Assembly: GCA_951406725.2 (NCBI GenBank)
Contig: OX597823.1
Location: forward strand, 7,378,001 to 7,442,000
Direction: 5' to 3'
From: Octopus vulgaris
Taxonomy: Eukaryota
Length of the DNA: 64,000 nucleotides
This document shows positions 12,629 through 32,572 of this stretch, piece by piece. The notes under the pieces were generated by a model. That model searched no databases. It saw only the letters and a list, made by a program, of their open reading frames with translations, and was not told the origin of the DNA. How positions within the stretch are numbered: the stretch's first letter is position 1; every line of letters begins with the position of its first letter. The position numbers and the translations under genes were made by a program.

Positions 12629-13389
12629 AACTAAACTCTCAAATAAGTGTGCGTGGGTGGGTGTGAAAGAGAAAGAGAGTGGGGGGAGCTTTTACATATG
12701 TAAAGAACATGACAATTACTGAGTAAAGGAATCAATTACAAGAGTAGGTCTTCAGGTTTATAATAATTCTATTAACCTGCTTCTCAACTGCGTTGCACTT
12801 TAGGAAAGTGTCTTCTACTATAGCCCCAGGCCGACCAAAGCCTTGTGTGCGGGTTTGGCAGACAGAAACTGAAGTCCATTGTGTGTGTGTGTGTGTGTGT
12901 GTGCTTTGCTTTTCGTGCTTTCGGGATCGATAAAATAAACACCAGTTGAGTACTGGGGTTTTTGTAATCGACTATTCCCACCCCACACCAAATTTCAGGC
13001 CTTGTGCCTATAGTAGTAGGATTACTATAAAGACCAGGGCTCCGCATTTAGAGTGAGATAAATATATTGACTACATGCAAGTGACACAAGAGAAAGACAT
13101 CTTACATTACATATCACCGTAGTCTGGCTGACCGCTGGGGCACCATTGATGACACTGCGACCAGATACCCCCACCCGTCTCTTTCTTCTGCCCCTCTCAC
13201 TGCCTCTCTCATCTTTAGGCTTATCCACTCACAGATGCTATATTCCCACTTCTTCCGCTGTCTGCCTCTGCGCCTGCCACCCGCGACTGTTCCTTGAAGG
13301 ATTATTTTGGTTTTCTCTAATGAGCGGGGGAAATGCCCAAACCACCCGAGCTTGCGGTTCTTTATTGTGGTGCGGTTCTTTAATTTTAC

Positions 13390-13610
13390 GGCGGTGAGCT
13401 GGCAGAATCGTTAGCACGCCGGGCAAAACGGTATTTCGTCTGCTGTTACGTTCTGAGTTCAAATTCCGCCGAGGTCGACTTTGCCTTTCATCCTTTCGGG
13501 GTCGATAAATTAAGTACCAGTTACGCACTGGGGGTCGATATCGACTTAATTCGTTTGTCTGTCCTTGTTTGTCCTCTCTGTGTTTATTCCCTTGTGGGTA
13601 GTAAAGAACT
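13390..13610 (+). mobile_element. SINE family B monomer
   Basis: Head and gcctttcatcctttcggggtcgataaa core; gttctttattgtggtg occurs upstream and downstream. Confidence 0.88.
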
Positions 13611-13924
13611 AAGTTCTTTATTGTGGTGAGAAGTTCTTCATAGGGCCCTATTGACTGCCTTATCCCTCTTTTTACTTCTTCATCTGTGACACGAAAAGGA
13701 ACTTAGAGGTATAAAATAAGAGGTTACAGGTTGACAGGTGGGTGTCAGCACGTTTCATTTCAAAATTCACAAAGACGGAGAGAATGATATATTCATGTTC
13801 ATATAAATACCTGTACATTACTACACATCACAGGTATACCCACAGAGGTGCACAGATATGCTTATACCTTCGTGTACTCATTTATACACAGCGACCCCTG
13901 TTGACATATGTACATGTCTTTTAT

Positions 13925-14755
13925 CTTTCCTCTGTCATTTGTTTCAGTATTAGACTGGGGCCATGCAGGGGCACCGCCTTGGAGAATTTTTTAGTCGAAT
14001 GAATCGGCCTCAAGTACTTTACTTTTTAAGCCTTGAACTTATTCTATCGGTCTTGTTTGCCGAACCTATTTCTTTACTACCCACAAGGGGCTAAACACAG
14101 AGGGGGACAAACAAGGACAGACAAACGGATTAAGTCGATTGTATCGACCCAGTGCGTAACTGGTACTTAATTTAATCGACCCCGAAAGGATGAATGGCAA
14201 AGTCGACCTCGGCGGAATTTGAACTCAGAACGTAGCGGCAGACGAAATACCTATTTCTTTACTACCCACAAGGGGCTAAACACAGAGAGGACAAACAAGG
14301 ACAGACAAACGGATTAAGTCGATTACATCGACTCCAGTGCGTAACTGGTACTTAATTTATCGACCCCGAAAGGATGAAAAGCAAAGTCGACCTCGGCGGA
14401 ATTTGAACTCAGACCGTAACGGCACGAAATACCGCTAAGTATTTCGCCCGGCGTGCTAACGTTTCTGCCAGCTCACCGTCTTGTTTGCCGAACCACTAAT
14501 GTCACGGTAACATAAACACACCAACACCGGTTGTCAAGCGGTGATTGGACACAAACACGGGCACAAAGACACACACAAATATATATGAACATAAACGACG
14601 GGCTTCTTTCAGTTTCCGTCTACTAAATCCATAAGGCTTTGGTCACACCGAAGTTATAATAGGAGACACTTGCTCAAGGTGGGACGCGGTGGGACCTGAA
14701 CCCGGAAGCATGCGTTTCGGAAGCTAGCTTCTTACCACACAGCCACGCATGCGCC
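13925..14755 (-). mobile_element. Diverged SINE A interrupted by a SINE B dimer (14067-14478, minus)
   Basis: TSD tcttgtttgccgaacc at 14051-14066 and 14479-14494 flanks the SINE B dimer. Confidence 0.85.
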
Positions 14756-14915
14756 CATACACATATGTATAAATATATATGTTTATATAAATATGGATAA
14801 ATACATCCATACATGCATCCATGCATATATATATATACATACACACACACACATATAATGTACTGATCCGTGATAGAATATTCACCACACAAGTACTCCA
14901 TCTGGTGAGAGATAA

Positions 14916-15136
14916 ATATTATTTATTTAAAGGTCACAATACATGTATTAAAGCGCTATTAATAGTTTCATATGTTGAGAAACCTCAAACTTATTCTTCA
15001 GGCGCAAACCGCATACCATAACGGACTAAGTCCGTTATGGTATGCGGTTTGCGCCTGAAGAATAAGTTTGAGGTTTCTCAACATATGAAACTATTAATAG
15101 CGCTTTAATACATGTATTGTGACCTTTAAATAAATA

Positions 15137-15140
<4 letters not shown>
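14916..15140. repeat. Perfect 225-bp palindrome carrying an HHR-like motif on each strand
   Basis: 112-bp arms around a single A at 15028. Plus strand 15051-15103: gcgc CTGAAGA...ttgag gttt ctcaa...GAAA CTATTAA TA gcgc; mirror at 14953-15005. Confidence 0.9.
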
Positions 15141-15202
<62 letters not shown>

Positions 15203-15310
15203 GTGCGTGTGTGTGTGTATGTATATATATAAATTTTCACCTTAAAAGGTATTTTTCATATACTGGCCACTGATAAAATTTTTATTAAAATTTTATCCTT
15301 AAATTAGAAG

Positions 15311-15359
<49 letters not shown>

Positions 15360-15552
15360 GAAATATTAAAATTACTAAGTCTCTCCAAAAGAGATTACGG
15401 CAGCGCTACTGGAAATTAATTGTTATCGCCATATTAATATGGCAGTCTTATAGATATAAGACTAAAAGCTGTCGCTGATTAGCTACATGAGGCCATCGCC
15501 TTAAGATAGTTATTTGACACACAATATATGTATATACACATATATATAATCA

Positions 15553-15607
<55 letters not shown>

Positions 15608-15975
15608 CACATATATATATATATACATCGATACATACATCCATACATATATATACATACATACATACATACACACACACATATATATATGTATACATAC
15701 ATACATATATATACATATATATCTACACACACACACTCACACACACACACACATATATATATATATCTATATGTATAATTATATATCATAAAATGGGTAT
15801 ATAACTCTAGACAGCTAAGGACATTGACAGTGACTAAGGTCGACAAAATATGAGTTGAAGTCACGTTGCATCTACCCTGATCCTTGTCAACGTCCTTTGC
15901 TGTTCATCTGAATCAACTTCCTAAGAAATACATTTAAATGCATTTAACTCCAACGATACATAACGTGAGTGATTG

Positions 15976-16173
15976 CGAGGGGTACTGAAGGGTTCCTGTC
16001 TTTAAGGGTGTTGCGAAAGACCTAATTGGAAGCTCAACCGTCCGAGTTCTTCAGAAAAACTGAAGGACCACCGCAAGGGCTGAATCTGAGAGGACCGTCG
16101 AAGAAAATCATAATTAATTGATCCTCCTTTATTTTTTTTTACCCAAAGCCAGAAACATTTCAGTACCCCCTCG
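15976..16173. mobile_element. Mariner-derived MITE
   Basis: TIRs cgaggggtactgaa and ttcagtaccccctcg, followed by TA. Confidence 0.75.
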
Positions 16174-16849
16174 TATATGTCGTCTCTGTCTCTCTGTCTC
16201 TCTTTCTCTCTCTCTCTCTCTGTCTCTCTCTCTCTATGTCTCTCTTTCTTTCTGTCTCTGTCTCTCTGTCTCTCTCTCTTTCTCTCTCTCTCTTTCTCTG
16301 TCTCTCTTTCTCTCTCTCTCTTTCTCTCTCTCTCTTCCTCTCTCTCTCTCTCTCTCTCTCGATATATACACATGCATGCGTAAATGCAAGTATATGTATG
16401 TATCTATATGTCTGTCTGTGTGTATGCAAGTATGTATGTATCTACACGCGTGCGCGCGTATATAGGTGAGACTTGTGGTTTGCGGACATCTTGTGGTATA
16501 AAGAACAAGACCCATCAAAGGGCAAATGAACCCAGGAGAGCCAATGGCCACCCAGTTCCATGGTGCATATATATGTCGAGAATTGCTGGGATTTGAGTGT
16601 GAAACCACCTCTTAGCCATAGTATTTACTAGGTCTTCTCTGACCTAGAGTTGTAAGCACCTGTCGGGGTCCTAGCTAAGGGTTAACTAGCATATGTGATG
16701 ACACTCAATCTGATGTTCGGGCGCGCAGTAAAACCACTAGGATGGGCCACTAACAGCTGTCACAGCATCCTTCTAGAAAAGGGACACTAATGTGAAAACC
16801 TATGTTTTGATGTGATTACTTGTCATCTCGCTTCAGCATCTTACTATGT

Positions 16850-17185
16850 ACAGGGAGATTCAAGCGAATGATACTAGCGTTGCACAAGTGTTTATCTCTA
16901 TATTCCATTGATGTACAGATGTGTCTTTAGGCAGACCTCAGCTGTCATCCCATCTACTAAAAGTTTTAAAGCGATACAAGTGGGTAACAAATGCAGGCGT
17001 ATCCAGTTGGAGACACACGCTAAGTTACAACTTTCGTCTGTCATCTATCTTCAAACCATGCAGGTCTGCAAAGGGACTGAGTAGTCATCTGATAAGTCAT
17101 GGATGGAAAGTCAGAAATGCTATTGACAGCGAGGAAGCGCAAGGATGCGGTATTCCATCTGTGATGATGGAGTAGTCACCATACA
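16850..17185 (+). mobile_element. RTE-like LINE 3' remnant with degenerate C2H2 finger
   Basis: KPCRSAKGLSSHLISHG in ORF 16921-17175. Confidence 0.5.
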
Positions 17186-17744
17186 TATATACATACATAT
17201 CTCTTTTAGTCAGGGGGGGGGGGGAGCAGTGTCCATGACTCATTAAAAGGCATCCGAGATGGGGGCGGTGGAAGATAGTGAATAAGGTATCCTCAAGGCG
17301 GAAACCTTACACGAGTGCTTGAACGGAGCGGAGTGAAAGACGTGATCATAGGACACGGAAAGTGAAAGTTCCACTGGACCTGACATGATGCAAGATTCAC
17401 GAACAACAGGTGGCCTGAGCAGATACCGAGGATAAGAAGCCAGTCGGAATGCCTCCACCACAATGGGATGGCAATTTAGTCAAACGATTTGGGTTAAGAT
17501 GATAAAGAGGGGCGCAATACAGGAATAATTGGAAGCGGATTGTGACCAGCGGTATACGACATCGTCCGATAGTCTGGGTCGATACAGTGATACAGATCAC
17601 ACACACAAACACACACACACACACCTACGGCAGATTGCTTCAGTAAAAACTTAGATTCAGATGATTATGGAACTTAAGTTGAGGCACCAGAATTTAGTAC
17701 GGTAATATCCATACAATTTCAAAACAAGGGGATTAAAATCATAA

Positions 17745-17809
17745 AATCAAAATAATCAACAAGGATATCCAGAGGGAATCTCTGGATATCCTTGTTGCTT
17801 ATTTTGATT
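17745..17809. repeat. 65-bp hairpin
   Basis: aatcaaaataatcaacaaggatatccagag-GGAAT-ctctggatatccttgttgcttattttgatt, one mismatch. Confidence 0.85.
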
Positions 17810-17810
17810 C

Positions 17811-17880
<70 letters not shown>

Positions 17881-17986
17881 ATATTATATACAATTTTACT
17901 GAACCTTCAGTTTTTTTATAAGCTAGACCACTGGGGTGAAATCGATGTTAATTAAATTAATATCTAATTTCTCACTCTCACTTTAA

Positions 17987-18072
<86 letters not shown>

Positions 18073-18225
18073 AAATTAATTAATTATTAATCAATTTCAC
18101 CAAGTGTTCATATATTCAAATTATTACATTATATAAAAGGTTAGTAAAATAAATTACTTCGCGGCGAGTAATTTATTTTACTAAGTTTTATATATATAGA
18201 TATATATATATATATATATATATAG

Positions 18226-18362
<137 letters not shown>

Positions 18363-18414
18363 TAAATGAGATTTTTTTCTGAAACTTATGAGGAAATAAA
18401 TTCATGTCTATATG

Positions 18415-18999
18415 CATACCTACACAAGTGTACCCCCACCCATCCGAACTTATTTCCTCATAACTTTAAGAAAAATGAATCTTTTTTCATGAAATTTTCG
18501 ACAAATACATGGTGTACACATCAATTACATTAGTATTTGTTGCGAAAAATATTTCAGACGTGGAGGGGAGCAGAAGATTCGAACAATTCATACGAATCGG
18601 TTTCGTTTCTTCGCAACTTTCAGTAAAACAACTAAAAGAGTATAATTTAATGAAATTTTCGGCAAACACTTTTCAGAAAGTATACATTACGATTATGTTG
18701 GAATTTAATGTTAAAAAAAAAAAAAAAGAAAAAGGCGGGGTGCGTACACATACATATCGACACCCATTACATAATTTTTACAAACTTCCTTGTGTTACTT
18801 TGTGGATATATCTGTAATGCAAGTCAATATTTATGTGTGTGTGCCCCCAATATTTTTTTTCTCTCGCATTAAATTTTGATATAGTTGTATTCTACGCTTG
18901 CTCACAAAATATTTAGAAAATTTCATTAAAAAGTACACATACTTCTAAAAGCTATGAGGAAACAACGTCGGTGGAGGTGGTTATAGTTGTGTAAGTATG
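18415..18999. mobile_element. Decayed MITE with long imperfect terminal inverted repeats
   Basis: catacctacacaa...ttcctcataactt...tgaaattttc versus gaaaatttca...agctatgaggaa...ttgtgtaagtatg. Confidence 0.6.
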
Positions 19000-19025
19000 A
19001 CATTATATATATATATATACGTATA

Positions 19026-19087
<62 letters not shown>

Positions 19088-19147
19088 TCCCGGGTTGATT
19101 CGGGGTTAACCACAGTAAATAAGGTACTCAATACATAGCAGAGTAAA

Positions 19148-19397
<250 letters not shown>

Positions 19398-19411
19398 ATA
19401 CGTATATATAC

Positions 19412-19455
<44 letters not shown>

Positions 19456-19851
19456 ATGTGTGTGTGTGTCTGAGTGTATGTATGTATGTATATGTATATA
19501 TGTATATTAGATATATATAAATATTTACTATAAGCTCGTATTTCTATCTACCTATGCGTGTGTGTACATACACACACACATGCACACGCGCACGCACACA
19601 GACACATACACACACATGCACACACACATATATATATATATATTGTGATATCGTCCACACTATGGAATAACATTGTGTTATCGAATGATGCCACCCCGTT
19701 GGTTGGGTGTGTAAGGCCAACATTCCCCCCTGAACGGAACCCGGGCCGGCTAGGGATACCCCCCATTCGCAGTGGAACAACGTTAAATAAAGCGTGTGTG
19801 TGTGTGTGGGTATAAATATATATATACATATATATATATATTATATAATAC

Positions 19852-19887
<36 letters not shown>

Positions 19888-20074
19888 GTGTGTATATATA
19901 TACATGTATATATATATGTATTTATATATGCATATATATATAATATATAATATATATACAATATATATATATATATAGTATACATATATTATTTATGTAT
20001 ATACATATATATATAACATTATATATACATACATATATATAATTTATGTATAATATATGTATATATATATATAA

Positions 20075-20119
<45 letters not shown>

Positions 20120-20219
20120 ATTATATAATATATATATATATATCTGGTATAAATATATTATTTATGTATATACATACATATATAACATAATATATAAAAA
20201 AACATATATGTAATATATG

Positions 20220-20261
<42 letters not shown>

Positions 20262-20845
20262 TATATGTATACATATATGTGTGTGTATGTATGTATGTAT
20301 ATATATGTGTATATAAATATATATATATATGCACACACACACTTACACACAGACACACACACATATATATATGTATATAATGTATACATATATGACACAG
20401 ACACACACACGCACGCGTGTGTGTGCATCTGTGAAAATATATATATTTATACACACATATATCTATTATCTATTCTATATTTCACTCATCAGACTGCGGC
20501 CTAGCTGGAGCACTGCCTTGGAAGCTTTCAGTCGAACATATGACTAAAGAAGTTATTTCACTAAAGTCCGGCACTCGTTCTATCGATAGCTTTTGTCGAA
20601 CCGCGATGTTACGGAAAAATACATAAACGAAAACTGTCTCTCAAACGGTGGAATGAAATTATATATGACGAGCATCCACACACAGTTTCAGTGGATCAAA
20701 TCATTTGCAAGGCGTTGGTCTGAAGTAGAAACAAGATTTGCTCATCGTGGCGTGCTGTGGACTTGAACCTAAACCACGTCGTGGCAAAGCGGAGCTTCTT
20801 AATCACGCAGCCGTATCCGTGTGTGTGTGTGTATGTGTGTGTGTG

Positions 20846-20932
<87 letters not shown>

Positions 20933-21029
20933 TTTTATTTTATAAAATAAATTAAATTAAATTAATTTACTCTGCTATGTATTGAGTACCTTATTTACTG
21001 TGGTTAACCCCGACTCAACCCGGGACCTA

Positions 21030-21092
<63 letters not shown>

Positions 21093-21190
21093 TATGCATG
21101 TATAAATATACGTAGAAATATATATCTCTGCATATACATATATGTACATACAAAAAAATGTATATATATTTACATACTTTAATATATATG

Positions 21191-21271
<81 letters not shown>

Positions 21272-21424
21272 GTACGCTAATATGTATTTCCATATATTTC
21301 CACATACTATTTATATAACATCTATACACACGCACGCACACACACACACACATACATACATACATACATACATACATACATACATACATACATACATACA
21401 TACATACATACATACATACATACA

Positions 21425-21460
<36 letters not shown>

Positions 21461-21570
21461 CATATATATATACACACATAATAGCAGTTTGACTCAGGAT
21501 GCGAAACATTCCGCGTCGGTGCTGATTACTGTCGTTTGTTCACTCATCCGTATCATACATATAAATGTGC

Positions 21571-21610
<40 letters not shown>

Positions 21611-21661
21611 GGCTAAAACATTTTTATGGATTTAAGGAAACATATATACATATGCATCTCC

Positions 21662-21751
<90 letters not shown>

Positions 21752-21962
21752 CATGTATATATATACGTTAATATGTACATATGTATAACTTTTTTGATGT
21801 CCTGTACCCATACATACACGTATATATACATATATATGTAGGTATGTACATATATGTATATATGCATATATTTATATATTATTTATATATATATATACGT
21901 ACATATATATTTTATTATATATATATATATCACGTATATGCATATATGTACATACACAGATA

Positions 21963-22035
<73 letters not shown>

Positions 22036-22119
22036 CACACACATATACGCAAGGAAACTCATCACATATACATCACATATGCACGCACACACACACACAC
22101 ATACACAGATAGATAACTA

Positions 22120-27500
<5,381 letters not shown>

Positions 27501-27664
27501 ATATATATACACACACACACATACCCAAGCACACATATTTGGATGGACGGATGGAGAGACAGAGAGATCTGAAGCAATGATTTACATATTTCTTGGTATT
27601 ACGTTCAGCTCAATGCTTTAGTTCGCTTCACAACCATAAAATATGCTCCTCGATCTTATCCTAC

Positions 27665-27751
27665 CGAGTGACATCTTGGGGTGCTTATCATTCGCCCTCG
27701 TTTTGAATCGATTGATGTAGCCTGTCCATGGAATTAGAAAGTAGAAGAAAT
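27665..27751 (-). other. Candidate 87-nt exon
   Basis: Strong acceptor TTTTTTTTCTTCTTTTTTACAG| and donor CG|GTAGGA; one frame is open (FFYFLIPWTGYINRFKTRANDKHPKMSL). Confidence 0.4.
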
Positions 27752-27860
27752 CTGTAAAAAAGAAGAAAAAAAAGGGCCTGATGTATACATTAAAATTGAA
27801 TTCGATCATAATTGAAATTGAAATTCGAACGTCCAGTTTGTCACTCTGACACGCTTTTAC

Positions 27861-27947
27861 CTGAGTATTACGCAAGGGTACATGTATTTGGAGAAGAATC
27901 AGTTATTCGCACGCAAATTCTATGAGACTGGTACTTCAGTTGAAATT
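27861..27947 (-). other. Candidate 87-nt non-coding or UTR exon
   Basis: Acceptor ATTCTCAATCAG|, donor CAG|GTAAAA, 109-nt intron to the next candidate exon; stops in all three frames. Confidence 0.3.
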
Positions 27948-28005
27948 CTGATTGAGAATCAAGCAATCAATCAATCAATCAACCATTCAATCAACCAGCT
28001 AGTCA

Positions 28006-28083
<78 letters not shown>

Positions 28084-28173
28084 CTGTCTGTCTCTCTGTC
28101 TATCTATCTATCTATCTATATCTATCTATCTATCTATCTATCGATCGATCGATCTTTCTATCTGTCTATCTAC

Positions 28174-28217
<44 letters not shown>

Positions 28218-28328
28218 TTTTTCTCTCCTCAAAAAGAAAAGCCCTACTTTGTAATCTGTCCCGTCTGTGTGCAGCCCTGTGTGGCTAATAAAGAAACATA
28301 TCTATCTATTTATTTACACACACACACA

Positions 28329-28368
<40 letters not shown>

Positions 28369-28988
28369 TATATATAAATAGAAAGACAGACATATAGAAG
28401 ATGTATGTGCGATGTGTCTCTGTATTTGTATTCTATTATCCTATGACCAGTTTCAGCCAGAGGCTATGGCCATGCTGTGATACCGTCTTAATGTTCGTTT
28501 ATTTTTAGACTCACCTCCCCGTTCCGACTCCGAAATCGGTTCTGGTGAAATAGCGGGTCGGACAGAGCCACCCTTCATGCACCTCCCACCGCGATTTGTC
28601 TAAACCTTCCCCCAAAACAACCACACACTCGCCCTGCAGAACTCCGAGTCTTTCCAAAATGTTGTGGGTCTCCGACCCTAAGCTGTCACAGCACTGTGAT
28701 CCCACCCTTGACGGGGGTCTGCCTATATCATACAGCGGCGACACGCTCGGTGACTGGCACAGTGTTCAATTCACATACACGTGCTTTATATGTATAAATA
28801 TAGAAGCACGAACACACTCACACACACGATGAAATAAGTACCAGTCAATCGCTAGTGTTGATACAACCGACAATCCCCTTTCTCCCAAATTTCAGGCCTC
28901 TTTGTGCCTAAAGTAGAAAAGGTACATACGGAACATGATGAAGCCTTGGGAGTGGATTTGGTAGACGGTGACTGAAAGAAGCCCGTCA

Positions 28989-29019
<31 letters not shown>

Positions 29020-29080
29020 AGATATAGATATATACATATATACATGCAAACATACAAACATATATATATATATATATATG

Positions 29081-29127
<47 letters not shown>

Positions 29128-29334
29128 TTAGAGTATTTCTTTAAGTATTAGAAATGGTTTTTAAAAAAGTTTTTTAGCTGCTATTTCTAATGAGTTCAGT
29201 ATGCGGAAAGTAATTTATTTTACTAAGCCCTTTTATATATTGTAATAATTTGAATTCGCCTTAAATGGTCCCTTTGCATACTGAACACTTGGTGAAACTG
29301 ATTAATAATTAATTAATTTTACCCTCAATTGTTG

Positions 29335-29439
<105 letters not shown>

Positions 29440-29504
29440 GAAGCGTGGCGTTCGATCATATAATAACAAAATAATATATAAACATATGCATGTATACATA
29501 CATA

Positions 29505-29721
29505 TACTCTTTTACTCTTTTACTTGTTTTCAGTCATTTGACTGCGGCCATGCTGGAGCACCGCCTTTTAGTCGATCAAATCGACCCCGGGACTTATTCT
29601 TTGTAAGCCCAGTACTTATTCTATCGGTCTCTTTTGCCGAACCGCTAAGTGACGGGGATGTAAACACACCAGCATCGGTTGTCAAGCAATGCTAGGGAGA
29701 CAGACACACAGACACACAAAC

Positions 29722-29775
<54 letters not shown>

Positions 29776-29938
29776 GACAGGCTTCTTTCAGTTTCCGTCT
29801 ACCAAATTCACTCACAAGGCATTGGTCGGCCCGGGGCTATAGCAGAAGACACTTGCCTAAGATGCCACGCAGTGGGACTGAACCCAGAACTATGTGGTTG
29901 GTTAGCAAGCTACTTACCATACAGCCACTCCTACGCCT
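29505..29938 (-). mobile_element. SINE family A, full length
   Basis: Reverse complement of the complete head, core and tail. Confidence 0.9.
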
Positions 29939-29991
29939 ATATATGTACATACCTACATCTATATGTATATATACGAGCATATATGGGTACA

Positions 29992-30034
<43 letters not shown>

Positions 30035-30211
30035 ATGTGCGTGAATTCAATTCCCGGATCAGTGAATCTCTTGCCATTTCTCTCTTCCTCGCATCCCTCT
30101 CCCGTCATCTCTATTCCCTCTCTCCCCCATCTCCCACCTCTCTTTTACTGTCTGTCTGTCGCTCTCTCTATATATATACGTGCATATGCGTGCGTGTGTT
30201 TGAGCGTGTCA

Positions 30212-30505
30212 AGGCGCGTGACCTAGTGGTTACGGTGTATGCACTGACGATCACAAGATCGCGGTTTCGATTCCCGGACGGGATGTGCGTTGTGTTCTCG
30301 AATGAAACACTTCCTTTCACGTCGTTACAGTCTACACAACTATAAATGGGTAACCCTGTCACAGCCAGACAACCCGTTCAGGGCCATATGTTGACCAGTC
30401 CGTCTATCTGGCGGACTGACATCATTTGAAGGCTACAACAATGTGAGATGGTGCATTGTGACCAGCGGTGTGCAACCGCATCCAGTAGTCTGGTCAATAC
30501 AGTAA
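30212..30505 (+). mobile_element. SINE C-related copy
   Basis: Head ggcgcgtgacctagtggtta...gcggtttcgattcccgg; tail attgtgaccagcggt...tagtctgg is shared with about 17540-17590. Confidence 0.65.
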
Positions 30506-30510
30506 GGCTT

Positions 30511-30552
<42 letters not shown>

Positions 30553-30567
30553 TATATATATATAGTT

Positions 30568-30643
<76 letters not shown>

Positions 30644-30681
30644 ATGTGTATATATGTGTATATACACATATATACACATAG

Positions 30682-30912
30682 GGCGGCGAGCTGGCAGAAA
30701 CGTTAGCACGCTGGGCGAAATGCGTAGCTGTATTTCGTCTGTCGTTACGTTCCGAGTTCAAATTCCGCCAAGGTCGACTTTGCCTTTCATCATTTCGGTG
30801 TCTATAAATTAAGTACCAGTTACGTACTGGGGTCGATGTAATTCGACTTAATCCGTTTGTCTGTCCTTGTTTGTCCCCTCTGTGTTTAGCCCCTTGTGGG
30901 TAGTAAAGAAAT
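30682..30912 (+). mobile_element. SINE family B monomer
   Basis: Full head through the cccttgtgggtagtaaagaaat tail. Confidence 0.9.
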
Positions 30913-31043
30913 ATATATATATACACATACATAGATTATACATACATATATAGATACATATAGTGTGTGTGTGTCTATTGATAGAAATGGTAAGACAACA
31001 AAAGAATGAAAGCGACCTCGATATTATGTAAATAGAGGAATTT

Positions 31044-31264
31044 ATCTGTAAATGTAATATGTGACAATTATTTGGTAGCCATGATAAAACTCCGAGTTTC
31101 GGATGTCGGGGTGGAAATCCACGTAGCTATCTCTTCAGTTATCCGGCCAACGGAAAAAAATGACCGGATAACTGAAGAGATGACGGCGTGGATTTCCACC
31201 TCGGCATCCGAAACTCGGAGTTTTATCATGGCTACCGAATAATTGTCAAATATTACATTTGCAG

Positions 31265-31266
<2 letters not shown>
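31044..31266. ncRNA. Fold-back with a type I hammerhead ribozyme on each strand
   Basis: Plus strand 31167-31227: GATAA CTGAAGA gatg...gtgga tt tccac...catcc GAAA CTC G GAG TT TTATC. The minus copy at 31083-31143 has the same intact core. Confidence 0.8.
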
Positions 31267-31314
<48 letters not shown>

Positions 31315-31320
<6 letters not shown>

Positions 31321-31358
31321 TTGGTAAGCAAGCAACTTACCACACAGCTACTCCTACA

Positions 31359-31394
<36 letters not shown>

Positions 31395-31444
31395 TGTAGG
31401 AGTAGCTGTGTGGTATGCTTGCTTACCACACAGCTACTCCTACA

Positions 31445-31540
<96 letters not shown>

Positions 31541-31916
31541 TGTAGGAGTAGCTGTGTGGTAAGTTGCTTGCTTACCAACCATATGGTTCCAGGTTCAGTC
31601 CCACTGCGTGGCACCTTGGGGAAGTGTCTTCTGCTATAGCCTCGGCCCGATCAAAGCCTTGTGAGTGGATTTGGTAGACAGAAACTGAAAGAAGCCTGTC
31701 GTATATATATATGTATATATGTGTGTGTCTGAGTTTGTCCCCCCAACATCGCTTGACAACCGATGCTGGTGTGTTTACGTCCCCATAACCTCGGCAAAAG
31801 AGACCGATATAATAAGTACTAGGCTTACAAAGAATAAGCCCTGGGGTCGATTTGCTCGACTAAAGGTGGTGCTCCAGCACGGCTACAGTCAAATGACTAA
31901 AACAAGTGAAAGAGTA
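31315..31916 (+). mobile_element. SINE A (31539-31916) preceded by three alternately inverted copies of its own head
   Basis: ggtgtaggagtagctgtgtggta and its reverse complement alternate around two (TA)n tracts. Confidence 0.88.
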
Positions 31917-31949
<33 letters not shown>

Positions 31950-32224
31950 TAGCAAATAAGAAAATGGAGGAGAACAATAGTTCGTTCATCAACTTTAGGA
32001 CGTTAAAAATGTTAACTTTTTATTTATTTATTTATTAAACTGATAATTATAGCATATTATTCTATGCATATAAGATAAGGATACAAGTAAGTATTAAAAA
32101 AAACATATATATATATATATATATATAAACTTATAGTATATAGTCCTCAGGTGCATTACAACTCAACGGGAAAAGTTACCTAAAAGTGCACGAAGGGTAT
32201 ATAGAATAATGCACAGCAAAGTCG

Positions 32225-32437
32225 ACCACCTGGCAGAAACGTGAGTAGGCCGGACGAAATGCTTAGCGGCATTTCGTCTGTCTTTGCGCTCTGAGTTCAA
32301 ATTCCACCGAGGTCGACTTTGCCTTTCATCCTTTCGGGGTCGATAAACTAAGTACCCGTTACGTACTGGGGTCCAATTAATACTCTGCCCCTCCTCCCCA
32401 AAAATTTCAGACCTTGTGCCTAGACTAGAAAAGAATA
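32225..32437 (+). mobile_element. SINE family B with the alternative tail
   Basis: Core gcctttcatcctttcggggtcgataaa; tail aaatttcagaccttgtgcctagactagaaaag. Confidence 0.8.
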
Positions 32438-32525
32438 ATGCACAAGAAATGAACAGTAAATAAATGTATGCATATCATATCATATTTTATATACATTATA
32501 CATACATATGTACATTATAATATAC

Positions 32526-32572
<47 letters not shown>

